Positions 47,767 to 57,152 of a stretch of DNA of 64,000 nt are shown here, piece after piece. The position numbers were made by a program, and so were the translations under genes. Origin of the DNA: an uncultured delta proteobacterium (GTDB taxonomy: Bacteria > Desulfobacterota > Desulfobulbia > Desulfobulbales > Desulfurivibrionaceae); the NCBI GenBank assembly GCA_903869265.1, contig CAIPYE010000005.1, forward strand, positions 97,292 through 161,291, read 5' to 3'. The notes beneath the pieces were generated by a model, which was given only the letters and a program-made list of their open reading frames with translations, was not told the origin of the DNA and did no database searches. Within the stretch, counting starts at the first letter, position 1. Each line of letters starts with the position of its first letter.

Positions 47767-48966
47767 CTATGATCGGTAGTCCGCGTTGATCTTCACGTAA
47801 TCCATGGAAAAATCGCAGGTGTAGATATCCTTGCCCCCCTCGCCGACATGCAGGTCGATGGTGACCACGAACTCCGTTTTTTTGAGCACCGCAGTGGCGC
47901 GGGCCTCGACTTCGGCGCCCTGGCCCAGGCCGCTGTGCACCATGAGCACGTCGTCAAAGGCTATATCCACCTTGTGCTGATCAAACTTTGCGCCGGAGCG
48001 GCCTAGGGCAGCGATGATCCTGCCCCAATTGGCATCCTCGCCAAAAAAGGCGGTCTTGACCAGATTGGAGTTGGCCACGGTTCTGGCGGCCTGATCGGCT
48101 TGCGCCTCCGAGGCTGCGCCCTGGACCCGTATGGTCACCAGCTTGGTCGCGCCCTCCCCGTCCCGGACAATCATCAGGGCCAATTCCTTGCACAGATCCT
48201 CCAGGGCAGCGGCAAAGGAAGCAAGCGCCTCGGGCCGGTCCTCGGCAATGGGCGGGTGTTTCGCCAGACCGTTGGCCATGAGCAACACCGTATCGTTGGT
48301 GCTGGTGTCGCCGTCCACGGTTATGGCGTTGAAGGTTTTGACCACAACCTTTCTCAGCGTGCTTTGAAGCAAATCGTGCTCGATTTTCGCATCGGTGAGG
48401 ATAAAAGAAAGCATGGTGGCCATGTTGGGCATGATCATGCCTGCGCCCTTGGCCATACCCAAAAGCTTGACCGGCTTGCCGTCGATGAGGACGGTACGCA
48501 CCGCGATCTTTCGCACGGTGTCGGTGGTCATGATGGCTGAGGCCACATCACCAAGGCCATCGACGGCAAGGCCCTCGGCCGCCTTGGGAATCCCCCGCTG
48601 AAAACAGGCCAACTCCAGTTGCTGCCCTATGACGCCGGTGGAGCAGACCTGCACCAGTTCCGGGGCGATATTGAGGGCATCCGCCGCCATGGCCGTGGTC
48701 ATCCGGGCCAGACGCATGCCTTCCTCGCCGGTGCAGGCGTTGGCGATACCGGAATTGACCAAAATGGCCTGGGCCTTGCCGGTCCGGCACCGCTCCATAT
48801 CCAGAAGCACTGGCGCCGCCTTGACCAGACTGGCGGTGAACACCCCTGCCACCACGGCCGGTTTGTCGCTGACAATCAGGGCCAGATCGAGCCGATTCTT
48901 GCCCCGGATTCCGGAGTTTACCGCCGCAGCCCTAAAGCCCTGGACCGAAAAATTTTCTGGTGCCAT
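47767..48966 (-). CDS. argJ: Bifunctional ornithine acetyltransferase / N-acetylglutamate synthase
   Basis: TTDTVRK, and ATMLSFILTDA (autoproteolytic Thr region). Start at ATG 48966, 1 nt after the secA stop. Confidence 0.92.
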   Translation of the reverse strand: MAPENFSVQGFRAAAVNSGIRGKNRLDLALIVSDKPAVVAGVFTASLVKAAPVLLDMERCRTGKAQAILVNSGIANACTGEEGMRLARMTTAMAADALNIAPELVQVCSTGVIGQQLELACFQRGIPKAAEGLAVDGLGDVASAIMTTDTVRKIAVRTVLIDGKPVKLLGMAKGAGMIMPNMATMLSFILTDAKIEHDLLQSTLRKVVVKTFNAITVDGDTSTNDTVLLMANGLAKHPPIAEDRPEALASFAAALEDLCKELALMIVRDGEGATKLVTIRVQGAASEAQADQAARTVANSNLVKTAFFGEDANWGRIIAALGRSGAKFDQHKVDIAFDDVLMVHSGLGQGAEVEARATAVLKKTEFVVTIDLHVGEGGKDIYTCDFSMDYVKINADYRS

Positions 48967-48967
48967 C

Positions 48968-51517
48968 TCACTTCTTCCCGCTGCTCTTGCCGCAGCACCG
49001 TTTGTATTTCTGCCCGCTGCCACAGGGGCAGTCGGCATTGCGCCCCACCTTGTCTCCCTCGCGGGAAAACGGTTTGTGCTCAGCCTCCCCTTCGGCGCCC
49101 CGACTCAGTTGCATGGGCTGCCGCTGCTGCCGCTGCTCGCGCTCCAGCTCGGCCACCTCCTCGTCGCGCACCAACTGGAGCCGGAACAGGGTGCTGACGG
49201 TCTGGGTCTTCATGGTGGTGATCATCTCGCCAAACATGTTGAATCCTTCCTTCTTGTACTCGTCCAGGGGATTCTTCTGGCCATAGCCACGGAGGCTAAT
49301 GCCTTCCTTCAGGTGATCCATGTTGAGCAGGTGCTCTTTCCAGTGGTGGTCCACGATCTGCAGCAGGACAACTCGCTCCAGGTGGCGCATGTTGGCGGCG
49401 CCGACCTCCTGCTCCCGCTGGGCATAGCGCGCTTTCAAAGCATCAAGGATCAACGCGGCAAAGCCGCCAAGATCGAGATCCTTTTTCTCCTCTTCGCTCC
49501 ACTCTCCGGAAAAGCCAAACAGGGCAAACATCCTTTCGGCAACCCCGGCCCAGTCCCACTCTTCCGAGGCGATTCTCGTCTCGGCAAATTCGTGCGCCAC
49601 CACCTCGGCCAATTCCGGAAACATGTCGGTCACGACCCCATGAACATCATCCGAGCCCAACACCTCGCGGCGCTGACGGTAGATAACCTCGCGCTGCTTG
49701 TTCATCACGTCGTCATACTCAAGCAGATGCTTGCGGATATCGAAGTTATGCCCCTCCACCTTGCGCTGGGCGTTCTCGATGGCCCGGCTGATCATGGTGT
49801 GCTCGATGGGCTCATCCTCTTCCATGCCCAGCTTGTCCATGATCCCGGAGATGCGGTCGGAGCCGAAGATCCGCAGCAGGTCGTCTTCCAAGGAGAGGTA
49901 GAAGCGGGAGGAGCCGGGATCGCCCTGGCGACCGGAACGACCGCGCAGCTGGTTGTCGATGCGGCGGCTCTCGTGGCGGCTGGTGCCCAGGATATGCAGA
50001 CCACCCAGCTCAATCACGCCTTCGCCCAGCTTGATGTCGGTGCCCCGGCCCGCCATATTGGTGGCGATGGTCACATGGCCCTTCTGCCCGGCATCGGCGA
50101 CGATCTCAGCTTCCCGCTCATGTTGCTTGGCGTTGAGCACTTCGTGGGGCACCCCCACTTTTTTCAGCATGGTCGAAATCTTCTCGGAAACATCGATACT
50201 GATGGTGCCGACCAGCACAGGCTGACCCTTCTTGTGCAGCTCCTGGATCTCCCGGATGATGGCGCGATCCTTGGCCTTGGCGTTTTTATAGATCACATCG
50301 GCATAATCCTTGCGGATCATGTTGTTGTGGGTGGGGATGACCACCACGTCGAGATTGTAAATCTTCTTGAACTCCGCTGCCTCGGTGTCCGCAGTGCCGG
50401 TCATGCCGGAGAGTTTTTCATACATCCGGAAGTAATTCTGGAAGGTGATGGAGGCAAGGGTCTGATTCTCCCGCTCCACCTTGACCCGCTCCTTGGCTTC
50501 CAGGGCCTGGTGCAACCCATCGCTGAAACGACGGCCCTCCATGGCCCGGCCGGTGAACTCGTCCACGATCACCACCTGACCGTCGCGCACCAGATAATCC
50601 ACGTCCCGCTTGAAAAGCACATTGGCCTTCAAGGCCTGGGTCAGATGATGCAGCCACTCGATGTTCCGGGGATCGTAGAGGTTGTCCAGATCGAGCAGCT
50701 TCTCGCCCAGCGCCACCCCCTCCTCGGTGAACGAGGCCGACCGGGCCTTTTCATCCAGGGTGTAATGCTCGTCCGCCTTGAATTTGGGGATAATCCGGTC
50801 CACCTTTTCATACAGTTCGGTGGACATCTCCGCCGGTCCGGAGATGATCAGCGGGGTGCGGGCCTCGTCGATCAGGATGGAGTCCACCTCATCGACAATG
50901 GCGTAATGGAAGTCCCGTTGGCAGAACTCGGCAAGGTCGAACTTCATGTTGTCGCGCAGGTAATCAAAGCCGAACTCGTTGTTGGTGCCGTAAGTAATAT
51001 CGGCACCGTAGGCCTCCCGGCGGGCCGCATCATCCATGTCATGCAGGATGGAGCCAACGGAAAGCCCGAGAAAGCGGTAGAGCTTGCCCATCCATTCGGC
51101 ATCCCGCCGGGCCAGATAATCGTTGACCGTGACCACATGCACGCCACGACCGGTGAGAGCGTTGAGATACACCGCCAGCGTGGCGGCCAGGGTTTTTCCC
51201 TCGCCGGTTTTCATCTCGGCGATCTTGCCCTGATGGAGGATCATCCCGCCGATGAGCTGCACGTCGAAATGGCGCATTTCCAGAACCCGCCAGGCCGCCT
51301 CACGGCAGACGGCAAAGGCCTCGGGCAACAGGCTGTCCAGGGTTTCTCCGGCAGCGAGCCGCGCCTTAAAAATCTCGGTCTTCGCCGCCAGCGAGGCGTC
51401 ATCGAGCTTCTGAATCTCGGGCTCCAGCTGATTGATCGCCGCCACCAGCGGCTGAATGCTTTTGAGAACCCGTTCGTTCTTGCTGCCAAAAATCTTTTTC
51501 AAAACAGAACCAACCAT
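48968..51517 (-). CDS. secA: Preprotein translocase ATPase SecA
   Basis: [17 protein letters not shown]-terminus, DEAD-like motor motifs, and the C-terminal zinc site [14 protein letters not shown]. Confidence 0.97.
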   Translation of the reverse strand: MVGSVLKKIFGSKNERVLKSIQPLVAAINQLEPEIQKLDDASLAAKTEIFKARLAAGETLDSLLPEAFAVCREAAWRVLEMRHFDVQLIGGMILHQGKIAEMKTGEGKTLAATLAVYLNALTGRGVHVVTVNDYLARRDAEWMGKLYRFLGLSVGSILHDMDDAARREAYGADITYGTNNEFGFDYLRDNMKFDLAEFCQRDFHYAIVDEVDSILIDEARTPLIISGPAEMSTELYEKVDRIIPKFKADEHYTLDEKARSASFTEEGVALGEKLLDLDNLYDPRNIEWLHHLTQALKANVLFKRDVDYLVRDGQVVIVDEFTGRAMEGRRFSDGLHQALEAKERVKVERENQTLASITFQNYFRMYEKLSGMTGTADTEAAEFKKIYNLDVVVIPTHNNMIRKDYADVIYKNAKAKDRAIIREIQELHKKGQPVLVGTISIDVSEKISTMLKKVGVPHEVLNAKQHEREAEIVADAGQKGHVTIATNMAGRGTDIKLGEGVIELGGLHILGTSRHESRRIDNQLRGRSGRQGDPGSSRFYLSLEDDLLRIFGSDRISGIMDKLGMEEDEPIEHTMISRAIENAQRKVEGHNFDIRKHLLEYDDVMNKQREVIYRQRREVLGSDDVHGVVTDMFPELAEVVAHEFAETRIASEEWDWAGVAERMFALFGFSGEWSEEEKKDLDLGGFAALILDALKARYAQREQEVGAANMRHLERVVLLQIVDHHWKEHLLNMDHLKEGISLRGYGQKNPLDEYKKEGFNMFGEMITTMKTQTVSTLFRLQLVRDEEVAELEREQRQQRQPMQLSRGAEGEAEHKPFSREGDKVGRNADCPCGSGQKYKRCCGKSSGKK

Positions 51518-51585
51518 ATTTCCACTCCAGGAGGTCAACGCCAAGAGCATGCCGCAAGGCACACCCCGGCGCGATCAGCATATTG

Positions 51586-52044
51586 TTATTTTTCCCAGAC
51601 CAAGGCTTCTTCGTTGCAATCCGGGAATTTCGGACATTGGATACAATCACTCCACACCTTGTGGGGGAGTTCGTTCTTATCAATGGGCCTGAACATAAGC
51701 CGCTCGAAAAAAGCAGGCTGATAGGTCAGGGTAAAAACCTTGCTGATGCCAAAATGATCGGCCTCGGCCAGGCAGGCCTCAACCAGCTGCCGGCCAATCC
51801 CCTGGCCCTGGGCTTCCTCCACCACGGCCAGGGAACGGATCTCGGCCAGATTTTCCCAACAGACATGCAGAGCGCAGATACCGAGAATCTCCCCAGCCGC
51901 CCCATCCTTGACAAAAACCTTGAAATCCCGCAACTGGTCATAGAGAGAACTCAAGGAACGGCCAAGGAGCAGGCCCTTGTTGGCAAAATGCTGCAACAGG
52001 GCATACATCACCTTCACATCATCCATTCTGGCATCACGAATCAT
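51586..52044 (-). CDS. GNAT-family N-acetyltransferase (short NAGS-like form with a C-terminal Cys motif)
   Basis: Acetyl-CoA motif QGQGIGRQLV and C-terminal SDCIQCPKFPDCNEEA. Start set at ATG 52044, because the longer ORF N-terminus is a translation of repeat copy C. Confidence 0.75.
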   Translation of the reverse strand: MIRDARMDDVKVMYALLQHFANKGLLLGRSLSSLYDQLRDFKVFVKDGAAGEILGICALHVCWENLAEIRSLAVVEEAQGQGIGRQLVEACLAEADHFGISKVFTLTYQPAFFERLMFRPIDKNELPHKVWSDCIQCPKFPDCNEEALVWEK

Positions 52045-52049
52045 GACAA

Positions 52050-52144
52050 CCTCGTAAGAAGGAAAACAATCCACATGTCCGTAACACTGCATCAAAGTGT
52101 ACAAAGCAACAACCGTTGCAATCGCGGCTTCTTGCGATTTCAAC
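52050..52144 (-). repeat. Copy C of the 95-96 bp conserved intergenic module, ending 5 nt before the GNAT start codon
   Basis: The reverse complement reads GTTGAAATCGCAAGAAGCCGCGATTGCAAC GGTTGTTGC...GTTACGGACATGTGG...CTTACGAGG. The core matches copies A and B at 27 of 30 positions. Confidence 0.75.
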
Positions 52145-52231
52145 AATCATGACGCCCTCGCAGATTTTTCGGCCCGCCCGGCTGAACGGAACCCCGTTCG
52201 TTCTACCATACCCGTCCGCAAAGAAAAAGAT

Positions 52232-52825
52232 CTAGGGTGTCTGGAGCCGGGAAGCAGGCAGCAAAGCGATATATGCCTTAATTTTCTCCTCTTTTTCCAG
52301 CTTGGCGAGGAGCTGATTGGCATCGGCCAATTTGTCAAATTTACCGACATAGACCCGGGTAAAGGGGTCGTCCTTGTCTTCGGGCGGCACGGAGAAAGCC
52401 TCATAACCGCGGCTCTTCCACTGGGCAACATCCTGTTTTGCCCGATCTTGATCCTTGAGCGCGGAGACCTGTAGGGCAAAGACAGACGGCTCGGCCTCGG
52501 CCCATTCCGTTTCAGGAGCAGAAGCCGAACTCTGCGGAGTCACCGCTTCCGGTGCTGCCGCCACATTGTTTTTCTTTTGCTCTGGCGAGGCAACGGGTTC
52601 AACCGTGGCCGGGGTTCCCGGATGCAACGCTCCGGCAAGTTTTGCCAACGGGGATTTTTCCTCTCCCGGAGTGGGCTGGAGGATGGTCTGCCCCGCCCAG
52701 ATACCGAGGATGAACATCCAGAACAAGACACAACCGGTGACCAGAGTCAGGGTGAACATCCCCAACAGGCCCAGCTCAAAACGGACAACAAATCCAAATC
52801 TGGCTTTCTGCTTCGGTGCGGTCAT
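52232..52825 (-). CDS. SPOR-domain (septal peptidoglycan-binding) protein
   Basis: TM near the N-terminus and a C-terminal SPOR fold FALQVSALKDQDRAKQDVAQWKSRGYEAF...RVYVGKFDKLADA. Start uncertain: ATG 52825, or TTG 52846. Confidence 0.8.
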   Translation of the reverse strand: MTAPKQKARFGFVVRFELGLLGMFTLTLVTGCVLFWMFILGIWAGQTILQPTPGEEKSPLAKLAGALHPGTPATVEPVASPEQKKNNVAAAPEAVTPQSSASAPETEWAEAEPSVFALQVSALKDQDRAKQDVAQWKSRGYEAFSVPPEDKDDPFTRVYVGKFDKLADANQLLAKLEKEEKIKAYIALLPASRLQTP

Positions 52826-52898
52826 AAGCGGATCATCCGTTGCCAAATAACCCCGGGCAACGCCTCCTCATGCTGGTCTTTTACAGGGCAATCATGCC

Positions 52899-54557
52899 CT
52901 ACATGGATTCCGGGGCGCTCACCCCAATCAAGGAAAGGCCGTTTCGCAGGACAACCCGCAACCCCATGGCCAGCCAGAGACGGGCCCGGCTCATCTCCAC
53001 ATCCTCGGAAACAATTCGGTGCTTATTGTAGTAACTGTGGAACTGTCCGGCAACATCTTGGAGATAAAAAACAAGGCGATGCGGAGCCAGATCAAGGGCC
53101 GCGCCCTCCACCAGAGCGGGAAAGGCGGCCATGGCCTTGAGCAAATGGGTCTCGTCATCCAGGGTGAGCCTACCAAGCGGCGCCTCCGCCAAGCTCCCCA
53201 GGACAATGCCCTTGGCCTCGGCCTGCCTGCGGATGCTGTGCAACCGGGCATGGGCGTACTGGACATAGTATACCGGGTTTTCCTGGCTGGTCTTGGTGGC
53301 CAGATCCAGATCAAACTCCAGCTGGCTGTCCGCCTTGCGCATGAGAAAAAAGAAGCGGGCCACATCCGGACCGACCTCGTCGAGCAGTTCGTCCACCGTG
53401 ACGAAATTGGCCTTGCGGGTGGACATCTTCACCTGCTGCCCATCGCGCAACAGGGTGACAAACTGATGCAAGACCACGGTCACCTTGGTCGGATCATAGC
53501 CCAGGGCCTTGACCCCGGCCAGCACGTCCGGCACCGTGGCGATATGGTCGGAACCGAAGATATCGACCATCCAATCAAAGCCGCGCCTGAATTTCTCCCG
53601 GTGATAGGCCATGTCCGGCAGCCGGTAGGTCGGCTCCCCAGTGGACTTGATGATCACCCGGTCCTGGGGCAGGTCAAATTCAGTGCCCTTGAACCAGACC
53701 GCACCGTCCTGATCGTAGGCCAGCCCCTTTTCCCGCAGAGAGGCGACCACATCGTCAACCAAGCCGTTTTCGTAGAGGGAATGTTCATTATAGTAGTTGT
53801 CAAAAACAATGCCCAACCGGTGCAGGGTTCCGTTGATGTCATCAAAGATAACCCGCTCGGCCTTGTTCTTGAACACCATGACATCCGGCTCGTCCTTGAG
53901 GGAATCGCCCTGCTCCTTGATGAGTTCCTGGGCGATATCGCGGATATACTGACCCTGATACCCGTCTTCCGGAAAGGTGAAAGGCAGACCAAGCGCTTCG
54001 AGATAACGGGCTCGGGTGGATTCGCCCAGCACCCGCATCTGCCGCCCGGCATCGTTGTAGTAATACTCCCTGGTTACCTGATGGCCAGTGGCGGCAAGCA
54101 GACTGGCGATGGCGTCGCCCAGCACCGCCTGCCGCCCGTGCCCGACGCTCAAAGGCCCGGTGGGGTTGGCGCTGACAAACTCGACCAGCACCTTTTTGCC
54201 CTGCCCGATTTTGCTAAGACCAAAGACGGTATCCTGCCCGCAAACCTCGGGCAGCACGGACTGCCAGACAGTCGTGTTGATGTAACAATTGACAAAACCC
54301 GGCCCGGCGATCTCCACCCTCTCCAACAGATCGGTATGGAGGGCAAGCATCTCCAGCAACTGGGCCGCAACGGTCCGGGGATTCTTCTTGTCTTTGCCCG
54401 CCACCACCATGGCCAGATTGGTGGCCAGATCGCCCTGTCCCGCGTGTTTGGGTGCGTCCAGGGAATATGCCCCCGCCGCCGCGGCGGACCAGAACCCGGC
54501 TTCAACCCCCTGGTCGAAGCAGTGGTCTATCAATGTTTTCAGGCGTGTTTTGATCAT
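52899..54557 (-). CDS. argS: Arginyl-tRNA synthetase
   Basis: SANPTGPLSVGHGR (HIGH-type), a C-terminal DALR anticodon-binding domain, and 552 aa. Confidence 0.95.
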   Translation of the reverse strand: MIKTRLKTLIDHCFDQGVEAGFWSAAAAGAYSLDAPKHAGQGDLATNLAMVVAGKDKKNPRTVAAQLLEMLALHTDLLERVEIAGPGFVNCYINTTVWQSVLPEVCGQDTVFGLSKIGQGKKVLVEFVSANPTGPLSVGHGRQAVLGDAIASLLAATGHQVTREYYYNDAGRQMRVLGESTRARYLEALGLPFTFPEDGYQGQYIRDIAQELIKEQGDSLKDEPDVMVFKNKAERVIFDDINGTLHRLGIVFDNYYNEHSLYENGLVDDVVASLREKGLAYDQDGAVWFKGTEFDLPQDRVIIKSTGEPTYRLPDMAYHREKFRRGFDWMVDIFGSDHIATVPDVLAGVKALGYDPTKVTVVLHQFVTLLRDGQQVKMSTRKANFVTVDELLDEVGPDVARFFFLMRKADSQLEFDLDLATKTSQENPVYYVQYAHARLHSIRRQAEAKGIVLGSLAEAPLGRLTLDDETHLLKAMAAFPALVEGAALDLAPHRLVFYLQDVAGQFHSYYNKHRIVSEDVEMSRARLWLAMGLRVVLRNGLSLIGVSAPESM

Positions 54558-54592
54558 CGTGTTTCTAATCCGAAAAATATTTTTGTGACTGT

Positions 54593-55726
54593 TCAGCTCA
54601 CAGGCTCAACATACACCTGCCGGTTGCAGGAACCGAAAAGACAGAGAATCTCATAATTGATGGTATCGGACCACCGGGCGATCTCCTCGGCCCCGATCTC
54701 CCCTGCCCCCTGACGGCCAAGCAGCACCGCTTCGTCCCCGGCCTTGATCCCAGGAATCTCCGTCACATCGGCCATACAGGCATTCATGCAGATCATACCA
54801 CGGACCAGAGCCCGCTGCCCAGCCAAGAGTACCTCGGCCTTGCCCGCCATTCTCCGCAGATAACCGTCAGCATAGCCCACCGGCAAAACCGCCAGTCTGG
54901 TGGGGCGCTCGGTAACATACCTGTAACCATAGCTGATCCCATGCCCTGCGGGAACTTCCTTGACCTGAAGCACCGTGGTGGCAAAACGCATGACCGGCCG
55001 CAAGTCCAGATCGGAAGCCTGGCGCAGCCAGTCCGCCGGGTAACAGCCATACAAGGAAATACCCGGTCGCACCAGATCGCAACGCATCTCGGGATACCGC
55101 ATCAGGGTGGCCGAATTGGCAATATGGTTGACCCGCGCCTCACCACCGTCTTGCACCCGGGCCAACAACTCCTGAAAGAGAGCATACTGCTTATCCGTGG
55201 TGGCGTCGCCTTCCACATCGGCCTTGGGAAAATGGCTGACAATCCCGGAGAGATAGAGACTGGGAAACCGACGCAAAGCGGTCAGGAACGGCTCGATTTC
55301 GTGGGGGAGAAGACCAAGACGCCCCATGCCGACATCGACCTTTATCTGCACCCCTTTCCGGCAACCACCCTTTGCCGCCTGCGCTCCAAGAGACTCCAGG
55401 GCTTCCAAGGTATAAACCACGGGGGTGAGGTCATGGGCGACTGCCTCCGCCGCCCCCTGCCGGTCAACCCCGAGCATGACCACGATCTGCCCGGTTATTC
55501 CGGCCTGCCGCAGCTGCACGCCCTCCTCCACCTCGGCCACGCCAAAGGCTGTGGCGCCTGCCTCGGCAAAGGCCTGGGCCGCAGGGATAAGGCCATGTCC
55601 ATACGCGTCGGCCTTGACCACTGCCAGAATGCCCATTATCGGACCGACCAGTTTTCGCACCTGCCGAAAATTATGACGCAGAGCGGCACGATCGATCTCC
55701 ACCCTATTCCAGGAAGGTGTTCCCAT
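54593..55726 (-). CDS. alr: Alanine racemase
   Basis: AVVKADAYGHG (PLP-Lys motif). Start at ATG 55726, giving MGTPSWNRVEIDRAAL. Confidence 0.9.
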   Translation of the reverse strand: MGTPSWNRVEIDRAALRHNFRQVRKLVGPIMGILAVVKADAYGHGLIPAAQAFAEAGATAFGVAEVEEGVQLRQAGITGQIVVMLGVDRQGAAEAVAHDLTPVVYTLEALESLGAQAAKGGCRKGVQIKVDVGMGRLGLLPHEIEPFLTALRRFPSLYLSGIVSHFPKADVEGDATTDKQYALFQELLARVQDGGEARVNHIANSATLMRYPEMRCDLVRPGISLYGCYPADWLRQASDLDLRPVMRFATTVLQVKEVPAGHGISYGYRYVTERPTRLAVLPVGYADGYLRRMAGKAEVLLAGQRALVRGMICMNACMADVTEIPGIKAGDEAVLLGRQGAGEIGAEEIARWSDTINYEILCLFGSCNRQVYVEPVS

Positions 55727-55739
55727 ACCAAGCAACCCG

Positions 55740-56174
55740 TTATCGCAGCGAAGAACTTCGCGCATTCCATTCCTGCCAGATGAGCCTGCTCGACAACAAA
55801 AGCGCCCAACCGACCGCAATATATATAACACTGACCACCAGGGGAGGCACGGAGGAATTGCGCAGCAGGCGGCCGCCCAGCATCATACAGACAACCATCC
55901 CCCACATCCGCCAGGAATAGACCCCGCCAAGACACATCCCATCCGGGCGCGCCACGATCCGGGCGATATTCTTTCGGGCTGCCCGCTCAATAACCAAAAA
56001 AGCCTTGAGCGTACCAATCCCCACGGCCAGCGCCAAAAATAGCCAAGGCAGAGCCGGGCACAGAAGATAGCCCCGCGCCATCAGAAACAGCCCGATGCAA
56101 CTCCACATCAGGGAGGCCGCCAAAAGATTGGTGCGGGTGCTCGCCCCAGGCTTCAAGCGCGCCAGCCAGCTCAT
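55740..56174 (-). CDS. Hypothetical 4-TM membrane protein
   Basis: Hydrophobic segments throughout and no recognised family. Start uncertain: 56174, or 56219. Confidence 0.5.
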   Translation of the reverse strand: MSWLARLKPGASTRTNLLAASLMWSCIGLFLMARGYLLCPALPWLFLALAVGIGTLKAFLVIERAARKNIARIVARPDGMCLGGVYSWRMWGMVVCMMLGGRLLRNSSVPPLVVSVIYIAVGWALLLSSRLIWQEWNARSSSLR

Positions 56175-56223
56175 GCTTTCCCCTTCCGAGTTTCCCATGC
56201 CACAACACTCCCGCCCCACGCAC

Positions 56224-56263
56224 GCAAATAAATAGGCCTATCCCCAATCGTGGGAATAGGCCT
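56224..56263 (-). terminator. Rho-independent terminator after the ferredoxin gene
   Basis: 13-bp stem AGGCCTATCCCCA/TGGGAATAGGCCT with one mismatch and a tetraloop. The minus strand is followed by ATTTATTTG. Confidence 0.6.
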
Positions 56264-56296
56264 ACACACTTCAGCAAATGTTCTGCAAGTTCTACA

Positions 56297-56482
56297 TTAT
56301 ACCTCGGTGACGGTGATTGCACCCTCGGGGCAAACCTCTACACAGGTCTCGCAACCCAAGCATTCGTCAGCATTCACAGCTTCCGCCTTGCCGTCAACCA
56401 TCTCGTACACCTGTGCGGGGCAAGCGTTTACGCACTCTGCATCACCGGCGCATTTGTCCTTGTCGATGTCAATCTGCCACAT
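56297..56482 (-). CDS. Small 4Fe-4S ferredoxin (61 aa)
   Basis: CAGDAECVNACP and CLGCETCVEVCP cluster motifs. Confidence 0.9.
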   Translation of the reverse strand: MWQIDIDKDKCAGDAECVNACPAQVYEMVDGKAEAVNADECLGCETCVEVCPEGAITVTEV

Positions 56483-56780
56483 AGTACTTCCTCCATATAA
56501 GGTTTAAAAAATTGATAACCAAGATCGCACTGCCACAAAGCGGGGCAGAATATCGAGCCTATTTCTTCCAGGAAAAGATACAAATTTCCCTTTCCCTCTA
56601 ATGCACCACCGTTTTTTTGTCAATAAAAAAGAATCTCCCCCACAATCCGGGAGAACACGAGGGGATAAGACGATTCAGGTTGACCAGTTTGCTCTGATCT
56701 TTTAGGATACCAGCCGTTGATTTTTTGGTAGGCGTTTCCCAGAAATTATCCTCAAACCTGTCCGAAAAAGGCCCATTGTT

Positions 56781-57146
56781 ATGAGCAGCAAACCAAAAAT
56801 AAAGAAAAAGACCACGACAGTAAGCCCGGAACTCAAGGCCCAGAAAAATGAAGAGGCCATGATTGCCGGCATCCTGGAAGGAAGCCCCGACGGAATAGGG
56901 GTGGCGGTTATCCGCCTGGAATGCGGCTGCCGAAAAATGGCGGCGGTTGACTCCAAGGGGGAACCAGCCAGCAAGGTGATTATCTACCGGGACGAGGCCG
57001 AGAGCATTTGCGAGGCATGCAAGCAGGACAACGGCGCCTTTGCCAGGGTGGTGACCCAGTTCATCCACTGGAAAAAACCCCTGCCCGATGGCGCCACGCG
57101 AATGAAGATCGAGGCCAAGGTTCTCGGCAGTTACACCAGCCACTGA
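56781..57146 (+). CDS. Hypothetical protein (121 aa) with CGC...CEAC cysteines
   Basis: ORF with coding-like composition and no family recognised. It is convergent with dsrN, with 6 bp between the two stops. Confidence 0.45.
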   Translation: MSSKPKIKKKTTTVSPELKAQKNEEAMIAGILEGSPDGIGVAVIRLECGCRKMAAVDSKGEPASKVIIYRDEAESICEACKQDNGAFARVVTQFIHWKKPLPDGATRMKIEAKVLGSYTSH

Positions 57147-57152
57147 AACACC

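Noticed and set aside
48629-51721. A 1030-aa ORF on the plus strand, the longest in the track.
   Set aside because: It lies entirely antisense to secA, whose identity is unambiguous (motor motifs and the C-terminal zinc site). The translation is low-complexity and rich in G, L, H, A and R, as expected of shadow ORFs in GC-rich genomes. The same reasoning applies to other long antisense ORFs. These include 83-1543 (hybrid kinase), 4807-6132 (asnS), 10509-11807 (P-type ATPase), 14515-15300 and 16192-17097 (clpB), and 20901-22073 (MBL/beta-CASP hydrolase). They also include 29577-30866 (gltA), 38929-40677 (MCP), 45173-47468 (RR/HK), 53019-54656 (argS) and 62303-63457 (dsrB).
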